Source of the DNA: Macrostomum lignano
Taxonomy: Eukaryota
Length of the DNA stretch: 64,000 nucleotides
Assembly: GCA_002269645.1 (NCBI GenBank)
Contig: NIVC01001864.1
Location: 80,318-144,317, forward strand
Reading direction: 5' to 3'
In this document: positions 1-14,827 of the stretch, one piece after another
How positions within the stretch are numbered: position 1 is the first letter of the stretch
Layout: each line of letters opens with the position of its first letter
Notes under the pieces: generated by a model
Database searches by the model: none
What the model was told of the DNA's origin: nothing
The model's input: the letters and a program-made list of their open reading frames with translations, nothing else
Program-made: the position numbers and the translations under genes

Positions 1-32
1 TGCTTCTCCCCAGTTCAGAACTGTTAGAGCAG
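1..32 (+). CDS. ADIPOR: ADIPOR/PAQR membrane receptor, internal exon truncated by the window edge
   Basis: Reads ASPQFRTVRA then a phase-1 donor GTGCGC at 33; resembles FATPKHRQTRAG of ADIPOR1/2; the phase matches the next exon. Confidence 0.75.
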
Positions 33-189
33 GTGCGCAGTGAGCTGCTGGCTGGGGTTCCATTTGTGTCTTTGCTGTGGACTTAAAAAAATTATCAATA
101 AGATACAGGCAGATTGACTTCATGCCTGATAGACTGGTTAATGTATTGATTATTTGATCGAATTATTTGTTAGATTGCTTTTGTATTTC

Positions 190-277
190 ATTAATTGATT
201 GACTGATTAATTGATTGACTGACTAATTGATTAATTAATTGATTGATTAATTGGTTGATTGGTTGATTGATTGATTA

Positions 278-351
<74 letters not shown>

Positions 352-435
352 GATTGATTGATTGATTGATTGTTTGTTTGATTGATTGATTGATTGATTG
401 TTTGTTTGATTGATTGATTGATTGACTGATTGATT
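190..435. repeat. (GATT)n microsatellite in ADIPOR intron
   Basis: Direct inspection. Confidence 0.95.
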
Positions 436-489
436 AAACGTGCTAATTGAAGTTTCAACACCCACCCTCTCCCTCCGCGAACCTCTCAG

Positions 490-680
490 CATTTTTCGCC
501 GCATTTGGCCTCTTTGGCGTGGTGCCGGCTATGAACTCCGTGTGGCTGCACGGCTGGGACTTGGCCTTCGAGAAGAGCGTCTGCTGGTGCGCCATCATGG
601 CCGCCTGCTACCTGACCGGCGCTGGCCTCTACGCCAGCCGGATACCGGAGAGACTGTTTCCCGGAAAGTGCGACGTAGTG
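490..680 (+). CDS. ADIPOR: ADIPOR/PAQR, penultimate exon
   Basis: Acceptor CTCAG at 489; [14 protein letters not shown]...[24 protein letters not shown] matches the family motif GAGLYAARIPERFFPGKFD; donor GTGGGT at 681. Confidence 0.93.
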
Positions 681-712
681 GTGGGTTTTGTTAACATGTC
701 TGCTGCATGTCT

Positions 713-3135
<2,423 letters not shown>

Positions 3136-3158
3136 CCTGTCCCTCAACCCAATTTCAG

Positions 3159-3284
3159 TGCCAGAGCCACCAGCTGTTTCACATTTTCGTCCTGCTAGGC
3201 ATGGCCTCGCACTTTTACGGCTGCTGGCGCTTGGCCAGCTACGTCATAGCGACGGAGGTGAACACGGGCTGCGCCAGGGCGTAG
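3159..3284 (+). CDS. ADIPOR: ADIPOR/PAQR, last exon (absent from the ORF track)
   Basis: Acceptor TTTCAG at 3158, phase 0; [41 protein letters not shown]; retains the zinc-binding SHQxFH histidines; TAG at 3282-3284. Confidence 0.93.
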   Translation, partial: CQSHQLFHIFVLLGMASHFYGCWRLASYVIATEVNTGCARA

Positions 3285-3834
3285 GAGTTTCTGCCAATTC
3301 CGAGGATCTCAGGCTCAGATTGACAGCCCAACTCTTTTTTTCGTTTTTTGTGTTTCATTTAAACTTTTCTTTTAGAGAAAGTTAACTTTCCTCATTCAAT
3401 TCCTTCGAACCAATTTTGCTCGCGAGTTGAGTTGATAATTTAGTTTCGCGCGCAAAACTGTTTTGTTTATTACAGCTAAATTATTCGCACCCGGAAATCC
3501 AGCCCGGAAGAAACTTTGTTTAGTTTTGCAACAAATCTCTCCAGAGCAAGTTTTGCAAGCTTCGCTTTCGGCACAGCTCTTTCTACGAATCTACACGGTT
3601 TTTTCTCTACCGTTTTTGCTCTACTAATAGTAGTATGACGAAGAGGATAAAATATAATTCACTTTGAAACAACTATTAGATTTAAGTTTTTTTCGAAGAT
3701 TTTTATTTGATTAACTACTGAATGTTTGACTTGTTATAAATGTATCGTATATTAGTTCCGTTTTGGCGCCAGTTCGAATTTGAAGCGATATTGGGCAGTG
3801 ATAGATCGGTGTTGAGTAGTTAGCTTTCAGGTCT

Positions 3835-4517
3835 TCATGCATGTCCCTCTCCCGGGCTCTTCTGCTCCTGCTTCTCGGCCTTCGGCTTTTGCCCATTCGG
3901 CTTCCCCAATTTGTTTCCTTTATTGTCTTTCGCGGCTGCCCGTTGTTGCCGCTTCTTGTTGGCCGACACCTTCACCAGCCGGGTCTCCATCTTCGCCAGC
4001 ACCAGTCGCCTTTCCTGCTCCTCCTTCTCCCTGAGCTGCTCCCGCTGCTCCCTCATTGTCGCCAGCTCCCAGCAGGCCTCTTCCAGCTGGCGCTGGCTCC
4101 ACTGCTCCAGCGCCTCCGCGTCCTCCCGCTTCGCCGCCCGACGCCGCCTCGCCTTCTCCTGGGCGATCGCCGCCCGGCGCAGCATCACCGCGGCCTCTTT
4201 CTCCGCCTCCTCCTTGGCCGCCTGTCGCTGCTTCTGCATCCCGGCTGCTATGCTGCTTCCGGCCAGCCGGCTGGCAATGATTTTGGAGCGAAGGATCCGC
4301 CACAGGCACCAGCCCACCAGCACAGGTGTGAGCAGGCAGTAGCCCATTGTGCAACTCAGCAGGCCGAAATTTCGCATGTAGCTGCTCAGACTGTCGGCGA
4401 GCACCAGCTCCAATTCGTGGGCGGAGAATTTGCCGAATTCCTCGATTGCTAGGTAGTCCAGTCGGCTGTAGCCAGTGACCTCACGGTGCGTTACGTTGCC
4501 GCGGTACCGGCTGCAGG
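3835..4517 (-). CDS. EGF/TSP1 membrane protein exon 7: stalk, TM segment and charged coiled-coil cytoplasmic tail
   Basis: Acceptor CCGCAG gives phase 1, matching exon 6; hydrophobic FGLLSCTMGYCLLTPVLVGWCLW followed by RILRSK; E/K/R/Q-rich tail; stop at 3835-3837. Confidence 0.75.
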
Positions 4518-4579
4518 CTGCGGGCGGCACGGCTGCTGTTCGAGTCCTTGGAGCCCACGCCCAAGCCTCGTCGGAGCCC

Positions 4580-7500
4580 CACTCCTGAAACTTGGGAGCC
4601 CCCTCCCCCACTCCCGGCCCTTGAAGCACCCTCCCCCACTCCCGGCCCATAGAGCCCCTTCCCCTACTCCCGACCCTTGGAGCCTCCTCCCATACTCCCG
4701 ACCCTTGGAGCCTCCTCCCCCACTCCCGGCCCATAGAGCCCCTTCCCCTACTCCCGACCCTTGGAGCCTCCTCCCATACTCCCGACCCTTGGAGCCTCCT
4801 CCCCCACTCCCGGCCCTTGGAGCCTTCTCCCCACTCCCGGCCCTTGGAGCACCCTCCCCCACTCCCGGCCCATAGAGCCCCTTCCCCTACTCCCGACCCT
4901 TGGAGCCTCCTCCCATACTCCCGACCCTTGGAGCCTCCTCCCCCACTCCCGGCCCTTGGAGCCTTCTCTCCACTCCCGGCCCTTGGAGCCCTCTCCCCAC
5001 TCCCGGCCCTTGGAGCCTTCTCCCCACTCCCGGCCCTTGGAGCCTTCTCCCCACTCCCGGCCCTTGGAGCCTTCTCCCCACTCCCGGCCCTTGGAGCCTT
5101 CTCCCCACTCCCGGCCCTTGGAGCCTTCTCCCCACTCCCGGCCCTTGGAGCCTTCTCCCCACTCCCGGCCCTTGGAGCCTTCTCCCCACTCCCGGCCCTT
5201 GGAGCCTTCTCTCCACTCCCGGCCCTTGGAGCCCTCTCCCCACTCCCGGCCCTTGGAACCCCCTCCCCACTCCCGGCCCTTGGAACCCCCTCGTCAACCC
5301 CCGGCCCTTGGAAACCCCTCCCCACTCCCGGCCCTTGGAACCCCCTGTCCCACTCCCGGGCCATAGGGCCCCTCCCCCACTTCTTGGAGCCCTCCGTCTC
5401 CTGACCCTTGGAGCCCCTCCCCACTCCCGGCCCATAGAGCCCCCTGTCCTACTCGCGGGCCATAAGGCCCCCTCCCCCTCCTGACCCTTGGAGCCCCCTC
5501 CCCCTCCTAACCCTTGGAGCCCCCTCCCCTCCTGACCCTTGGAGCCCCCTCCCCCTCCTAACCCTTGGAGCCCCCTCCCCCTCCTGACCCTTGGAGCCCC
5601 CTCCCCCTCCTGACCCTTGGAGCCCCTCCCCCTCCTGACCCTTGGAGCCCCCTCCCCCTCCTGACCCTTGGAGCCCCCTCCCCTCCTGACCCTTGGAGCC
5701 CCCTCCCCCTCCTAACCCTTGGAGCCCCCTCCCCCTCCTGACCCTTGGAGCCCCCTCCCCCTCCTGACCCTTGGAGCCCCCTCCCCTCCTAACCCTTGGA
5801 GCCCCCTCCCCCTCCTGACCCTTGGAGCCCCCTCCCCTCCTGACCCTTGGAGCCCCTCCCCCTCCTGACCCTTGGAGCCCCCTCCCCCTCCTGACCCTTG
5901 GAGCCCCTCCCCCTCCTAACCCTTGGAGCCCCCTCTCCCTCCTGACCCTTGGAGCCCCCTCCCCACTTCCGGCTCGTGGAACCCCCCACTCCCGGCCCTT
6001 GAAGTACCCTCCCCCACTCCCGGCCCTTGGAGTACCCTCCCCCACTCCCGGCCCTTGGAGTACCCTCCCCCACTCCCGGCCCTTGGAGTACCCTCCCCCA
6101 CTCCCGGCCCTTGGAGTACCCTCCCCCACTCCCGGCCCTTGAAGTACCCTCCCCCACTCCCGGCCCTTGGAGTACCCTCCCCACTCCCGGCCCTTGAAGT
6201 ACCCTCTCCCACTCCCGGCCCTTGGAGTACCCTCCCCACTCCCGGCCCTTGGAGTACCCTCCCCCACTCCCGGCCCTTGGAGTACCCTCCCCACTCCCGG
6301 CCCTTGGAGTACCCTCCCCACTCCCGGCCCTTGGAGTACCCTCCCCCACTCCCGGCCCTTGGAGTACCCTCCCCCACTCCCGGCCCTTGGAGTACCCTCC
6401 CCACTCCCGGCCCTTGGAGTACCCTCCCCACTCCCGGCCCTTGGAGTACCCTCCCCCACTCCCGGCCCTTGAAGTACCCTCCCCCACTCCCGGCCCTTGG
6501 AGTACCCTCCCCCACTCCCGGCCCTTGGAGTACCCTCCCCCACTCCCGGCCCTTGGAGTACCCTCCCCCACTCCCGGCCCTTGGAGTACCCTCCCCACTC
6601 CCGGCCCTTGAAGTACCCTCCCCCCACTCCCGGCCCTTGGAGTACCCTCCCCCACTCCCGGCCCTTGGAGTACCCTCCCCCACTCCCGGCCCTTGGAGTA
6701 CCCTCCCCCACTCCCGGCCCTTGGAGTACCCTCCCCCACTCCCGGCCCTTGGAGTACCCTCCCCCACTCCCGGCCCTTGAAGTACCCTCCCCACTCCCGG
6801 CCCTTGGAGTACCCTCCCCCACTCCCGGCCCTTGGAGTACCCTCCCCCACTCCCGGCCCTTGGAGTACCCTCCCCCACTCCCGGCCCTTGGAGTACCCTC
6901 CCCCACTCCCGGCCCTTGGAGTACCCTCCCCCACTCCCGGCCCTTGGAGTACCCTCCCCCCACTCCCGGCCCTTGGAGTACCCTCCCCCACTCCCGGCCC
7001 TTGAAGTACCCTCCCCCACTCCCGGCCCTTGGAGTACCCTCCCCCACTCCCGGCCCTTGGAGTACCCTCCCCACTCCCGGCCCTTGGAGTACCCTCCCCC
7101 ACTCCCGGCCCTTGGAGTACCCTCCCCCACTCCCGGCCCTTGAAGTACCCTCCCCCACTCCCGGCCCTTGGAGTACCCTCCCCCACTCCCGGCCCTTGGA
7201 GTACCCTCCCCCACTCCCGGCCCTTGGAGTACCCTCCCCCACTCCCGGCCCTTGGAGTACCCTCCCCCCACTCCCGGCCCTTGGAGTACCCTCCCCCACT
7301 CCCGGCCCTTGAAGTACCCTCCCCACTCCCGGCCCTTGGAGTACCCTCCCCCACTCCCGGCCCTTGGAGTACCCTCCCCACTCCCGGCCCTTGGAGTACC
7401 CTCCCCACTCCCGGCCCTTGGAGTACCCTCCCCACTCCGGCCCTTGGAGTACCCTCCCCCACTCCCGGCCCTTGGAGTACCCTCCCCCACTCCCGGCCCT

Positions 7501-7950
7501 TGGAGTACCCTCCCCCTCCCGGCCCTTGGAGTACCCTCCCCCACTCCCGGCCCTTGGAGTACCCTCCCCCACTCCCGGCCCTTGGAGTACCCTCCCCCAC
7601 TCCCGGCCCTTGGAGTACCCTCCCCCACTCCCGGCCCTTGAAGTACCCTCCCCCCACTCCCGGCCCTTGGAGTACCCTCCCCCCACTCCCGGCCCTTGGA
7701 GTACCCTCCCCCACTCCCGGCCCTTGGAGTACCCTCCCCCACTCCCGGCCCTTGGAGTACCCTCCCCCACTCCCGGCCCTTGGAGTACCCTCCCCCACTC
7801 CGGCCCTTGGAGTACCCTCCCCACTCCCGGCCCTTGGAGTACCCTCCCCCACTCCCGGCCCTTGGAGTACCCTCCCCCACTCCCGGCCCTTGAAGTACCC
7901 TCCCCCACTCCCGGCCCTTGGAGTACCCTCCCCCCACTCCCGGCCCTTAG
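4580..7950. repeat. ~26-28-bp C-rich minisatellite made of three variant blocks
   Basis: Units such as CCCCACTCCCGGCCCTTGGAGTACCCT; source of many spurious long ORFs. Confidence 0.95.
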
Positions 7951-8062
7951 AGCCCGCTTCCGACCCTTGGGGTTTGAAGTTCCCCTTTTGCAGAATCTCT
8001 AGAAAAAAACTACAGACTCATCTATAGACCAGATCTCATAGACCTAGCTCATCCAGTCTCAC

Positions 8063-8305
8063 CCATTGTGTCCCAGTTGTTCATCTGTCCTGGGCAGAGA
8101 AATCGAATCTCCCTCTTCGGGCCCTCGCAGTGCTGCGCAAATCCTTTGGATTCGCATCGTCTAATTCGAACTTGCATTGGCGATTCCATGCAGGCGAGCG
8201 CTTTGTCTGGCAGGATGCACTTGCTCCAGTCTTCCCAGCTGCTCCAGCTGGGCGGGTCGGGAGGGTATTCACATCTGGGACCGGAGTAGCCGTGCCGGCA
8301 TTTGC
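8063..8305 (-). CDS. EGF/TSP1 membrane protein exon 6: end of cbEGF plus TSP1 domain
   Basis: KCRHGYSGPRC completes the EGF module; WSSWEDWSKC...QVRIRRC...C is the TSP1 signature; AAG acceptor and GTGAGA donor, phases 1/1. Confidence 0.88.
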
Positions 8306-8399
8306 CTTGAGCGAGTGTTGAGTTCTTACTGTCAATTTTGGGCGCTTGGTACATCCGTATATTTTTCTACGGCATTTGGATTTCTAACCCAATCTCTCC

Positions 8400-8965
8400 A
8401 CCTTCTCTGAATCTCTCCATCTCTCTGAATCTCACCCCCTCTCTAAATCTCCCCTCTCTGAATCTCTCTCCCACTCTCTGAATCTCTCTCCCACTCTCTG
8501 AATCTCTCTCCCACTCTCTGAATCTCTCCCCTCTCTGGATCTCTCCCCTCTCTGAATCTCCCCTCTCTGAATCTCTCTCCCACTCTCTGAATCTCTCTCC
8601 CACTCTCTGAATCTCTCTCCCCCTCTCTGAATCTCTCCCCTCTCTGGATCTCTCCCCTCTCTGAATCTCTCCCCTCTCTGGATCTCTCCCCTCTCTGAAT
8701 CTCTCCCCTCTCTGGATCTCTCCCCTCTCTGAATCTCTCCCCTCTCTGGATCTCTCCCTCTCTGAATCTCTCCCCTCTCTGGATCTCTCCCCTCTCTGGA
8801 TCTCTCCCCTCTCTGAATCTCTCCCCTCTGTGAATCTCTCCCCTCTCTGAATCTCTCCCATCTCTGAATCAATCTCTCCCCTCTCTGGATCTCTCCCCGC
8901 TCTGAATCTCTCCCCGCTCTGAATCTCCCCTCTCTGAATCTCTTTCCTCGCTCGTTGAATCTCTC
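8400..8965. repeat. CT-rich ~20-bp minisatellite (CTCTCTGAATCTCTCCC)
   Basis: Direct inspection. Confidence 0.9.
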
Positions 8966-9055
8966 CCCCTCTCCAAGTCTCAAAGCATTTCAACACAAGC
9001 CAGTGTGCTAAGAGAAAAATACACCGCAAATGAATGAAAACGCAAAGCCGCTCAC

Positions 9056-9293
9056 AGATGAAGCCGGGATTATGATTCTCGCATTCGCCGTCGTTTTTAC
9101 ACAACGGATTTAGTTCGGGATTTCGTTCGCTGCACTCGTTGATGTCGCGGCAGCGCGGATCCTTCTCGGAGATGCGGACGTGCGTCTCCGGCGGGCAGAT
9201 GCAGGTGAAGCCGTGCTCAACGTCAGGATCGCGCTGGCAGATGTGATCGCCGCATGTGCTGGTGGATGCCTGGTTCTGGCAGACGTCATTCTC
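9056..9293 (-). CDS. EGF/TSP1 membrane protein exon 5: EGF2 plus start of calcium-binding EGF3
   Basis: ENDVC...CGDHIC...GFTCICPP...RCRDINEC...CKNDGECENHNPGFIC; DINEC and C-x-N-x4-F-x-C fit cbEGF; TACAG acceptor, GTGAGC donor. Confidence 0.88.
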
Positions 9294-9409
9294 CTGTACG
9301 GAAGAAGTCGGCTAATTGCAAGTCATAGTTCTCGCATCCTGACAGCAAACCATAGACTTGCTAGACCAGTCGATGGTTCCAAGAGCCCAAGGCTTAGAAG
9401 AAGTCATTT

Positions 9410-10395
9410 TCTCCTCTCTGAACCTCACCCCTTCTCTCCCCCTCTCTGAACATCACCCCTTCTCTCCCTCTCTCTGAACATCACCCCTTCTCTCTCCCCC
9501 TCTCTGAACCTCACCCCTTCTCTCTCCTCCTCTCTGAACCTCACCCCTTCTCTCTCCCCCTCTCTGAACCTCACCCCTTCTCTCCCCCTCCTCTCTGAAC
9601 CTCACCCCTTCTCTCTCCCCCTCTCTGAACCTCACCCCTTCTCTCCCCCTCTCTGAACCTCACCCCTTCTCTCCCCTCTCTGAACATCACCCCTTCTCTC
9701 TCCCCCTCTCTGAACCTCTCCCTTTCTCTCTCCCCCTCTCTGAACCTCACCCCTTCTCTCCCCTTCTCTCCCCCTCTCTGAACCTCACCCCTTCTCTCCC
9801 CCTCTCTGAACATCACCCCTTCTCTCTCCCCCTCTCTGAACCTCTCCCTTTCTCTCTCCCCCTCTCTGAACCTCACCCCTTCTCTCCCCTTCTCTCCCCC
9901 TCTCTGAACCTCACCCCTTCTCTCCCCTTCTCTCCCCCTCTCTGAACCTCACCCCTTCTCTCCCCTTCTCTCTCCCTCTCTGAACCTCACCCCTTCTCTC
10001 TCCCCATCTCTGAACCTCACCCCTTCTCTCTGAACTGCTAACTCTCTCTCTCCCTCTCTGAATCTCACCCCTTCTCTCTCTCTCTCCATCTCTGAACCTC
10101 ACCCCTTCTCTCTCTCTCCCTCTCTGAATCTCACCCCTTCTCTCTCTCTCCATCTCTGAATCTCACCCCTTCTCTCTCTCTCCCTCTCTGAATCTCACCC
10201 CTTCTCTCTCTCTCCATCTCTGAACCTCACCCCCTCTGTCTCCACCTCTCTGAACTGCTAACTCTCTCTCCCCCTCTGTCTCTACCTCTCTGAACTGCTA
10301 ACTCTCTCTCTCCCCCCTCTCTGAACCTCACCCCTTTCTCTCCCCCACTTTGAACTTTTCTCCTTCTCTTTCCCTCTCTCTGAATCTCTACCCCT
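9410..10395. repeat. CT-rich minisatellite (CTCTCTGAACCTCACCCCTT)
   Basis: Direct inspection; related to the 8400 array. Confidence 0.9.
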
Positions 10396-10701
10396 CTCCG
10401 AAGAATGGAAAGTTAACAACTGTCAACAATTAATGCCTTCTGACTCTCTAACGCTCTAGCTGTCAATCAGTGAGTCTCTGTGATATGGTTGCGAGTTGTT
10501 TACTTCTAGAATTGAATTTCATCACGGATATATCAATGGCATTCAAATAATGGCAATGGCTGGCGTTGGCATCCAACTCGCATCGTATTACGCTCGTAGA
10601 TGCCGGATGCCATTTCGGGCATCGCTGTTCCAACGCTAAGATGCCAGAGGTGATACTCAAAAAGCCGCACAAAAAGACAAGCCTTCGCCATTGCCTCTCA
10701 C

Positions 10702-10963
10702 CAGTTCGCACCGTTCGCCCCTCCACGCGGCCGAGCAGGTGCATAAAATCACGATCTCTTCGCTCGCCACTCCCAGCGCGTTTCGATTGGTCGATTTGCG
10801 CACGCTAGCCTGGCAGATGCCGCCGTTCAGGCAGACATTCTGTTCGTGACAGTAGCCCAGCAGCCGCTTCTGACACGACTCCCGCTCGGGGTCCCAATGA
10901 AAGCCCAGTGCGCAGATGCAGTTGCGCTTTGCCACCAGCTGCTTTTGCAGCTCCACAAGGCGT
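10702..10963 (-). CDS. EGF/TSP1 membrane protein exon 4: Cys-rich linker plus EGF1
   Basis: CICALGFHWDPERESC and CHEQNVCLNGGIC...CTCSAAWRGERC; TTCCAG acceptor (phase 2), GTGAGA donor (phase 0). Confidence 0.85.
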
Positions 10964-11136
10964 CTGGAAGAGAGTCATGGACGGGAAAATGCAAAAGAAG
11001 TCGTCAACGATCAAACACAAGCATCACTTTCATCCGAAAGACATGCGAAAGCTTTGCTTGCTCAGAATAACTTAGCATTGAGGATGTGAAAAATCTCAAA
11101 TATTCAGTATCGACGGCTTAAACAACTGAAACTGTC

Positions 11137-12210
11137 AGGGACTGAGGATGTGAGGGACTGAGGATGAGAGGGACTGAGGATGAGAGGGACTGAGGATGTG
11201 AGGGACTGAGGATGAGAGGGACTGAGGATGAGAGGGACTGAGGATGAGAGGGATTGAGGATGAGAGGGACTGAGGATGAGAGGGACTGAGGATGTGAGGG
11301 ATTGAGGATGAGAGGGACTGAGGATGAGAGGGACTGAGGATGAGAGGGATTGAGGATGAGAGGGACTGAGGATGAGAGGGATTGAGGATGAGAGGGATTG
11401 AGGATGCGAGGGACTGAGGATGTGAGGGACTGAGGATGAGAGGGACTGAGGATGAGAGGGACTGAGGATGAGAGGGATTGGGGATGAGAGGGATTGAGGA
11501 TGAGAGGGATTGAGGATGAGAGGGATTGAGGATGAGAGGGATTGAGGATGAGAGGGACTGAGGATGAGAGGGATAGAGGATGCGAGGGACTGAGGATGAG
11601 AGGGATAGAGGATGCGAGGGACTGAGGATGTGAGGGACTGAGGATGAGAGGGACTGAGGATGAGAGGGACTGAGGATGAGAGGGATTGAGGATGAGAGGG
11701 ATTGAGGATGAGAGGGATTGAGGATGAGAGGGATTGAGGATGAGAGGGATTGAGGATGAGAGGGACTGAGGATGAGAGGGATTGAGGATGAGAGGGATTG
11801 AGGATGAGAGGGATTGAGGATGAGAGGGATTGAGGATGAGAGGGACTGAGGATGTGAGGGATTGAGGATGTGAGGGACTGAGGATGTGAGGGACTGAGGA
11901 TGTGAGGGATTGAGGATGAGAGGGACTGAGGATGAGAGGGATTGAGGATGAGAGGGATTGGGGATGAGAGAGATTGAGGATGAGAGGGACTGAGGATGAG
12001 AGGGATTGAGGATGAGAGGGATTGAGGATGAGAGGGATTGAGGATGAGAGGGATTGAGGATGAGAGGGACTGAGGATGTGAGGGATTGAGGATGTGAGGG
12101 ACTGAGGATGTGAGGGACTGAGGATGTGAGGGATTGAGGATGAGAGGGACTGAGGATGTGAGGGACTGAGGATGAGAGGGACTGAGGATGTGAGGGACTG
12201 AGGGTGCGAG
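11137..12210. repeat. 16-bp minisatellite (ACTGAGGATGAGAGGG)
   Basis: Direct inspection. Confidence 0.95.
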
Positions 12211-12226
12211 GGATTCTGAGACTCAC

Positions 12227-12628
12227 AGGTGGAGCACAGCCCGAAACCGGAAGCAATGGTTCCTCTTGTGCACCGCCTCATCGTCGCGAAGGCATCCAGA
12301 GGCAAGGAATTTGACTTGCAACATCGCATACTGGTCGTCAATTGTCACCGGCTTCTCGTCCGGATCGTTCGCGAGCAGCTCTTTGATGATGAAGAGCACC
12401 AGCTTGTGGCTGCGCAGATTCTCATCGAAGATCTCCATGGGGATTCGCTTTTCCATAGGCAGTGTGCTGTGCCATTCGCGAAAGTCATCGATTTCTCGCG
12501 CGAAGGCCTGATATGTGATCTTGTCAACTTCTGCTTTTCGAAATGGGTGGTACTGTAGTTCGACCTCCAGCTCCGTGAAGCAGTTCACGTCCACGCCCAG
12601 CTTGATGTTCGCCACGTTTGAGCAGTTT
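12227..12628 (-). CDS. EGF/TSP1 membrane protein exon 3 (unrecognised extracellular domain)
   Basis: Open, non-repetitive frame between two arrays; CTCCAAG acceptor, GTGAGT donor; phases 2/2 match both neighbours. Confidence 0.8.
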
Positions 12629-12654
12629 CTTGGAGAAATGGGGATTAGCGACTA

Positions 12655-13185
12655 CGGCTACTGCTACAGTTACTATGGCTACTGTACCATGATTACTATG
12701 ACTACTATGACTACTATGACTACTATGACTACTATGAATACTATGACTACTATGACTACTATGAATACTATGACTACTATGAATACTATGACTACTGACT
12801 ATTATGACTACTATGACTACTATGACGACTATGACGACTATGACTACTATGAATACTATGACTACTATGACTACTATGATTATTATGATTACTATGACTA
12901 CTATGAATACTATGACTATTATGACTACTATGACTACTATGAATACTATGACTACCATGACTACTATGAATACTATGACTATTATGACTACTATGACTAC
13001 TATGAATACTATGACTATTATGACTACTATGACTACTATGAATACTATGACTACTGACTATTATGACTACTATGACTACTATGACGACTATGACTACTAT
13101 GAATACTATGACTACTATGACTACTATGATTATTATGATTACTATGACTACTTTGACTACTATCACTACTATCACTACACACTAA
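12655..13185. repeat. 9-bp repeat (GACTACTAT)
   Basis: Direct inspection. Confidence 0.95.
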
Positions 13186-13199
13186 CTACTGTGTCTTAC

Positions 13200-13477
13200 G
13201 TGACAACGGCTTCGTCAGCCAGGCAGTTAGACGGGCAGCTTTCTTTCATTTGATTTACGGCACACAGTCCCAGTCTGTACACCAGATCGATAAGGTCAAC
13301 GAGCTTTTTCTCTTCCTCCAGCACATTGGTGACAATAGTATCGTACAAGTTCCGTTCCGAGTGAAACTTGTAGACGCCGCACAACAGAATGTTCCACGGC
13401 GTAATGTACATCACGGATTCCGGCTTCTCCCTGTCAAGGCTGACTTTGTCAACCAGCAGGATGGCACCCAGCAATGC
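13200..13477 (-). CDS. EGF/TSP1 membrane protein exon 2
   Basis: CTCCAG acceptor after a 70-bp intron; ALLGAILLVDK...CPSNCLADEAVVT; GTAAGA donor, phase 2. Confidence 0.8.
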
Positions 13478-13547
13478 CTGGAGGTAGATTTGGTAGCTGA
13501 TGAAGCCACTACCTTGGTGACTGCATTTGTTTACAGCTACGGCTTAC

Positions 13548-13859
13548 CTGAACGCCGCTATTGCGAAAAATCCACTTCGGCAACAAGTTGTCGGTGCGCA
13601 GATTCGCTTTCGAATCCGTGTAGTCAACCCAGTCCTCCTGTTCATCGAATTTGAACATGGCGCTCAGCTTGCCCGAACTAAGCTCGGACACCTCCCTTCT
13701 GTGGCCGTTCTCGCCTCTGGCCGTGTGCGGCGCCCATCGGCACTGACGAAGATGGATGTAGATTGAATTTGAAGCTAAGAAATCTGACTGACCATTTACC
13801 GGAGCCGGCGTCACTGCTAGCAGTAATGAAACAGTCGAAACAGCCACGACAGTCAACAT
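13548..13859 (-). CDS. EGF/TSP1 membrane protein exon 1 with signal peptide
   Basis: ATG at 13859; hydrophobic leader MLTVVAVSTVSLLLAVTPAPVNG; GTAAGC donor, phase 0. The seven exons sum to 2418 nt (805 aa plus stop). Confidence 0.8.
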
Positions 13860-14827
13860 GCTGTAAATTGTGGAGAGCTACATGTACTTTTCAATGATTT
13901 TCTATAAGTTAAACTAACCTAAGGACGAATTAAACTTTAACAAAATGATTTTTAATAGATTCGAAAGTTCGAATGCAATTAAACTATGAGATGCAGAAGT
14001 GGATTATGTAACGCGTATTAGACTAACCTCCTAACCACAGACAAATTTTGGGGGATTTTCGTGCCTTTCCGTTCCTTTTTTATTCACCACAACGAGAATT
14101 CGCATGTCGTAGCCCAATGAGCTACATGTAAGACTGAGAGCCAATAGAGCCATGCAGTCATCCATGGAGCTATTAAAGCTGGAGCCAAAAAATCCCAAAG
14201 CCTCGGTCTTCTACTTTTCGACCATAGATAACTGCAACAGAAATCTCCACTATTTCAATTCTGAAACTGACAGCCTGTAACTAAAAATAGATTACATGCC
14301 AGCTGGTTTTTACATAATATAAATTTAGATTGATACTATAAAATACATGTACGAGAAAAAATGTATATTTGAACGTATAGAAGCACAAGTTATCGATTCA
14401 AAATGAAAGTAACTAGCTTTTTATAAACGTGCAACGGATAATTTAGTCTAATGTTATTTGCAGGCGCTTTTTATGGTCAAAACGTACGTAAAAGCCCGAA
14501 GTGATTTCTTTGTGGTATCCTTAAATCATTGTGTGTATTTTCCTTATTTGTTAATGCTAATGCTAGTCCTATGCTTAGCATCCCAGCTTTCGGGCAAAGA
14601 AAATTTGAGGACAAAAAGCCGATAAGAATGCATATTTATATTTGAAATTTAAAGATGTTCAATGATTTCAATGCAAGAACGTCTTAAGTAGAAGGACGTT
14701 ACACTCAGCTTTCGTGAAAATTTTTACATGACCTATTTTGACCGTAGAAATCCTTGTTTCTGTATGTATATATAAAACATGTAGATAGTGCATGGGATAA
14801 CTGTGATTTATTGATAGCACCACATCC

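Noticed and set aside
3491-3510. Two ETS-like CCGGAA motifs (also CACTTCCGGT at 60459-60468)
   Set aside because: Short motifs expected by chance; the first pair lies between convergent stop codons with no supported TSS
4580-8027. Very long ORFs (up to 819 aa) on both strands
   Set aside because: Translations of a stop-free C/G-rich minisatellite, open in several frames at once
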